From assembly GCA_046541875.1 (NCBI GenBank), contig JBKHCL010000005.1, forward strand, positions 1-63,669: a stretch of 63,669 nt of DNA, written 5' to 3'. The position numbers were made by a program, and so were the translations under genes. The DNA comes from Phycisphaerae bacterium (GTDB lineage: Bacteria > Planctomycetota > Phycisphaerae > SM23-33). The notes beneath the pieces are model-generated. The model did no database searches and was not told the origin of the DNA. It saw only the letters and a program-made list of their open reading frames with translations. Shown here in pieces: positions 59,882 through 63,669 of the stretch. How positions within the stretch are numbered: position 1 is the stretch's first letter; every line of letters begins with the position of its first letter.

Positions 59882-61207
59882 TCAGTCCACCTCAGCCAGC
59901 TTGGTGTGGTAATCCCGAACGCGGTTCTTGCCGACCTCGCTCTGGAACTTCTTGCTCAGCTCGTTGAGCTCTTCTCGCTTGCGGGGGGGCATGGTCGCCC
60001 AATCGCCGGACTCGGTAACGTCGCTGCGATCGTCGGCCCGGGCGGTGGGACGGTCGGCCATCCCGGACGGCAGATAGCTCGACTGGGCGGGCGAGGAGGG
60101 ATTCTCTCCCTGGGCCTTTCCGCCCTTGCCCTGGCCCTGCTTGCCTTTACCTTTGCCTTGCTGCTCACCCTCGCCCTCGCCCTTGCCTTTGCCCTGCTGC
60201 TGCTCACCCTCGCCCTCGCCTTGACTCTGACTGTCATCCTGATTTTGCTGTTTCTGCTCTTCCATGGTCTTGATGAGGTCTTCCAGGATGGCAGCGACCT
60301 CCTGCTCGCGCTGCTGGGTGGTCTGCCCGCTGTCGGCAGAGGCCAGACGGTCTTCGACTTCGGCCATTTTCCCGGCAATGGCGTTGAGGGGGTCCTTGTA
60401 GATCGCCTGGAGCTCCTCGAAACGCGAACGAATCCGCGTGACGGTCTTGCTCGGCAGTGTGACCTCGTAGTTCTGCAGCGTGAACTGGTACATCTGCATG
60501 GCGTAGTAGAATCGGCCCATCTCTTCGTACACGTTGGCGGCCTGCACGGCGGCCTCGGCGGCGAAGCTGATCCGGTCGGGCATGTTCACCAGCATGTCGC
60601 CGTACGCGTCGATCGCCTGCCACTGGCGACCGCTGCCGGCCAACGCCTCGGCGTAGAGGAAATGCTTGGCCGCGCTGAGATAGGTCGCCTTCTGGGAGTT
60701 GAGGTCTTTCTTCAAAACGGCGGCAGACTCTTTGTACTTCGTCTCGGCCACCTTGCCCTTGGCGTTGCGGGCTTCGACGATGAGCGCATATGCCTTGCCG
60801 AACGGCTCGTCGACGATGGAATAGGCCCGAAGGATCCGCTGGATGTTGTCGGTCTGGGTGTTGGCGGGGTCCTTGGAGAGCACCTCCAGCGCCTCGATGA
60901 CCTTCTTGCGGTCGGTGAGCACGTTGCCCTTGATGGCGACTTTCACCTGTGCACGTTCCTGCTCGAGTCGAAGCTCGATCGCCTTGCGGATCAGCGTGTC
61001 CCGCTGTTCAGGGCTCAGCGAACTGAACCAGTCTTCGATGGCGTCGTCGGCTGCCGCCCTGTCGGCCGGCGTTGCAGGCGGCGGATCGTCGCCGGCTGGG
61101 TCGTCCGCGACATCCTGTGCCGAGACGATCGTCGCACCGGTGAGCATGACGCTCAGGGCGGCGATGAGAATCCACGTCCATACGATGGTTGTGCTGCATT
61201 TATGCAT
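59882..61207 (-). CDS. Exported TPR/coiled-coil hypothetical protein with Gln/Gly-rich linker
   Basis: Signal peptide; TPR-like helices; QGEGEGEQQQGKGKG repeats; CAGGAG RBS. Confidence 0.75.
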   Translation of the reverse strand: MHKCSTTIVWTWILIAALSVMLTGATIVSAQDVADDPAGDDPPPATPADRAAADDAIEDWFSSLSPEQRDTLIRKAIELRLEQERAQVKVAIKGNVLTDRKKVIEALEVLSKDPANTQTDNIQRILRAYSIVDEPFGKAYALIVEARNAKGKVAETKYKESAAVLKKDLNSQKATYLSAAKHFLYAEALAGSGRQWQAIDAYGDMLVNMPDRISFAAEAAVQAANVYEEMGRFYYAMQMYQFTLQNYEVTLPSKTVTRIRSRFEELQAIYKDPLNAIAGKMAEVEDRLASADSGQTTQQREQEVAAILEDLIKTMEEQKQQNQDDSQSQGEGEGEQQQGKGKGEGEGEQQGKGKGKQGQGKGGKAQGENPSSPAQSSYLPSGMADRPTARADDRSDVTESGDWATMPPRKREELNELSKKFQSEVGKNRVRDYHTKLAEVD

Positions 61208-61264
61208 GGGTCTGCTCCTGAAATCGGGAGTCGATTTCGCTCCCTGTTTGTGTGAGCCGGGAAC

Positions 61265-62329
61265 CTATTGCTCCTCGTGTCGGCCGATACATTCGTGGTA
61301 CGAGCGGACCGCCTGGCGAAGCGTTCCGGTCGTCCCTTCTTCGGCCAACTCCAGGAGCTTCTCTTGGTCGCCCGGGTCCGGCTGCCCCCAGTCTTCCGGC
61401 GCCTCTTGCCCCCAAAGGGGCTCGGGGCCGGCCACGCTGGGCGTGGCAGGCACGTCCGGTTCGTTGCCGAGTGTTTCGAGCAACTCGGAAACGATCCCCG
61501 CCAGGTTCTGCTCGACGGCGGGCGAGTCGACCAATCCATCTGCCGGCATGACGCGCACATCCGCGGGTGTTTCGGGGGGCGAGTTCCCGTCGTCGGGGAG
61601 GCTCACCTCCAACTCGTGGATCTTGTGCATCAGCCGGTCGTGGTTGGCCGGGCTCAACGACGTACCATAGTTTCGCAACACGTAGCGGTACATCTGCAAG
61701 GCGTAACGCCTGCGGTCGAGCTGTTCGTACGTCAGTGCTGTCCCGGTCGCAGCCGACGACGCCAGACTGACCCGGTCGGGCATGTGTACCACCAGCCCGC
61801 CGTACGCTTCCAGGGCTCCGAGCTGATCCCCGCACTCGGCGAGGCAGGTGGCGTAGACATACAGCTTCGTCGCGCCGTACCAGCTCTGTTCCTGGAGGCT
61901 GATCAGTGATCGAAGTTCCTCGGCTGCTTCACGGTGATGCCCCTGCTCCACCAGCGAATGCACGCCGGCGAAGGCGGCGTCCACCTGGGCGAAGGCCTCG
62001 CAGATCCGCTCGATGTTGTCCTGCCGGGTGGTGGCGTTCTCCTCATCGAGAACCAGAATCGCCCGGGCGACATTCTCTTCGCTGTACAGGATATTGCGGC
62101 GGATCTCATCGACCACCTGCTCGCGTTCCACCTCGAGGTGGCGGGCAAGGGCCCGGCGGACCAGCTGCCGCGATTCCTCGGGGGAAATCGAGTCCAGCAG
62201 CTCATCGACCGATGGGGACGTGGGGGACGGTTCCGCGACGGCTTGCTCCTGCTCAGACGCAACGAGAGGCGAGACGCCGACCGCGAGCACCACTGCAATC
62301 CAGAGCATGTGCAAGCGATTCAGCCTCAC
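61265..62329 (-). CDS. Exported TPR hypothetical protein, paralog of 59882..61207
   Basis: Shares SPE...L.R.A....LE.ER.QV, DNI.RI, MPDR.S.A, YA.QMY...L.NY with the downstream gene; GTG start after GGCGGAG. Confidence 0.7.
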   Translation of the reverse strand: MRLNRLHMLWIAVVLAVGVSPLVASEQEQAVAEPSPTSPSVDELLDSISPEESRQLVRRALARHLEVEREQVVDEIRRNILYSEENVARAILVLDEENATTRQDNIERICEAFAQVDAAFAGVHSLVEQGHHREAAEELRSLISLQEQSWYGATKLYVYATCLAECGDQLGALEAYGGLVVHMPDRVSLASSAATGTALTYEQLDRRRYALQMYRYVLRNYGTSLSPANHDRLMHKIHELEVSLPDDGNSPPETPADVRVMPADGLVDSPAVEQNLAGIVSELLETLGNEPDVPATPSVAGPEPLWGQEAPEDWGQPDPGDQEKLLELAEEGTTGTLRQAVRSYHECIGRHEEQ

Positions 62330-62517
62330 GGCTCCGCCTTTCGCCGAGGTCAGCCTGTACGCAGGCCGACGGGAACTGCCCGAACATCCGATGATTATAT
62401 ATCGACATCCGCCGAATCCCAACCCCAAAGACTCGCTTTTTCCAGTCCCGGGGTCCCGGAACGGCCGGGGGCCTCATCGCCCGCCGGCCAATCGTCCGGT
62501 GTATTCCTGCTACCGTC

Positions 62518-63669
62518 TCAACGCTGCTTCTGCTTCTGCATCGCCTTGTGAAGCTCCTTGGCAAGCGTCCTGGCCTTTTTCTGACGCTTCGAGAGCTCCT
62601 GATGCTGCTGGGCGGAGGCCTCGGCCGGCAGCTGGCCGCTCTTGGCCTGGCGGTTGAGCGTGCGCGTCCTGCCGTTGACCTGCACCTGCATGGTCCACAG
62701 CAGCTTCAACTCCGCCACCGGGGGAACCAGCGGGGGCTTCTTGCCGCCGCCGCCACCGCCACCGCCGCCACCACCACCGCCGCCGCCCTGCTTCTTCTGG
62801 GTGCGTTCGGCGAGCGACTTGCGGATGGCGTCGATCATGTCCTGCAGCGAGCGTTCGACGTCCTGCTGAATCGTCTGCGTCAGCGGACCGGCATTCTCCT
62901 TGGCCAGGAGCTTCTGGGCCGTCTTGAGGTCGTCGTTGACCTCGCGAAGCATCTCGGGGAAGACCTTCGTGGACCCTTCCTTCACCAGAAGATCGCGGAC
63001 CTTGGAGACCTCCTCCGCCAGCCGACCCTCGTGGCCGGCGAGTTCGTTGGTAAGCTTGAGCCTCTCGGGTCGATCGTACGACCCGTCGTCGCTGCGCTTG
63101 GCGAACGTCTCGGTGGTTTCCTTCGAGACCACCTTCTGACGATCCAGGACCTTCTGGAGCATGGCGTCGATCTTGGCCAGTGCCTCGGCCTGGGCCATCT
63201 CCTGCTCCTGGGCGATGGCTTCTTCCAGCTCGGCCTCGGCTTCTTCCAGCTTGTCCATCGCGTCCTTCTGATCTTCGTTGGCGCCACCGGATTTGCCCTG
63301 GGAGAGCTTCCCGCCGGCCTGCGACATCGACTTGGAGGCAGACTTCATCGAGCTCTTGCCCGGCTGGGCGGTCTCGTCGGCCTTGTCCATGTCCTTGGCA
63401 GCGTCGTCGGTGTTCTTGGCGAGCTTGTCCTGGTCGTTGGCCTGGTCGTCGGTGGTCTTTTTGGCGTCCTCGACCTTCCGACGCATCAGTTGGGCGAGCT
63501 CGTACTGTTTCTCGGACAGCTCCTTGAGGGCGTCGATGGCGTCCTGTTGATCCTTCGTGGCGTCGGAGGGCTCCTGGTCGCCCAGTTTCTCAGCCGCCTT
63601 GGCCATCGCCTCGGCTGCATCCTCGGCGCCTTGGGGCTTCTCACCGCTCTTGCCGGACTCACCACTCTT
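62518..63669 (-). CDS. Long coiled-coil protein (DUF4175-like), 5' end outside the window
   Basis: Repetitive helical Q/K/A-rich sequence, open to the window edge; poly-Gly followed by PPLVPPVAELKLL. Confidence 0.7.
   Translation of the reverse strand, partial: KSGESGKSGEKPQGAEDAAEAMAKAAEKLGDQEPSDATKDQQDAIDALKELSEKQYELAQLMRRKVEDAKKTTDDQANDQDKLAKNTDDAAKDMDKADETAQPGKSSMKSASKSMSQAGGKLSQGKSGGANEDQKDAMDKLEEAEAELEEAIAQEQEMAQAEALAKIDAMLQKVLDRQKVVSKETTETFAKRSDDGSYDRPERLKLTNELAGHEGRLAEEVSKVRDLLVKEGSTKVFPEMLREVNDDLKTAQKLLAKENAGPLTQTIQQDVERSLQDMIDAIRKSLAERTQKKQGGGGGGGGGGGGGGGKKPPLVPPVAELKLLWTMQVQVNGRTRTLNRQAKSGQLPAEASAQQHQELSKRQKKARTLAKELHKAMQKQKQR
62743..62787 (-). repeat. 15-Gly homopolymer (GGC/GGT codons)
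   Basis: 45-nt (GCC/ACC)n run on the plus strand. Confidence 0.9.

Noticed and set aside
60110-60225. Short tandem repeats (CCTCGC/CCTTGC units) as a possible CRISPR or VNTR
   Set aside because: They encode a QGEGEG/QGKGKG low-complexity linker; no repeat-spacer structure and no cas genes in the window
58202-61255. Very long antisense or alternate-frame ORFs (this 1017-aa ORF; also 9005..11410, 2992..4908, 14377..16332, 24312..26333 and others)
   Set aside because: They shadow motif-supported genes on the opposite strand, have no recognisable motifs, and are expected from high-GC codon bias

Overview
A GC-rich bacterial chromosome segment, most likely from Planctomycetota, class Phycisphaerae. 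This assignment is inferred from a prepilin-type H-X9-DG protein, a PEP-CTERM protein with a dockerin-like Ca-binding domain, and NPCBM/coiled-coil envelope genes. It holds about 56 CDS and one tRNA-Asp(GTC); I found no CRISPR array, integrase or transposase. Housekeeping blocks: folK-dNK-panC-panD-lgt, ymdB, ilvE, acyP, lpxA, ispA-dxs, an ABC-F gene and queG-folE. The main accessory block is a complete group II Mo-nitrogenase operon behind a sigma54 promoter: nifH-nifI1-nifI2-nifD-nifK-nifE-nifN-nifB-fdx-modA/modB fusion-modC-GATase (39.6-52.3 kb). Less obvious signals read from the sequence: (1) a leader-peptide/antiterminator/terminator attenuator upstream of a heterodimeric ABC exporter; (2) four FliA/sigma28-like promoters sharing an unusual 13-nt spacer, all upstream of uncharacterised genes; (3) an orphan, divergent flagellin-like gene; (4) an Lgt with a large EF-hand-bearing insertion; (5) two 34-bp GTAG-type REP palindromes bracketing a large glycoside-hydrolase-like gene; (6) enzyme homologues with altered catalytic motifs (M48, LarA). 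Start codons were often moved from the ORF track to the best RBS-supported position. All functional calls come from motif recognition by eye, not database searches.
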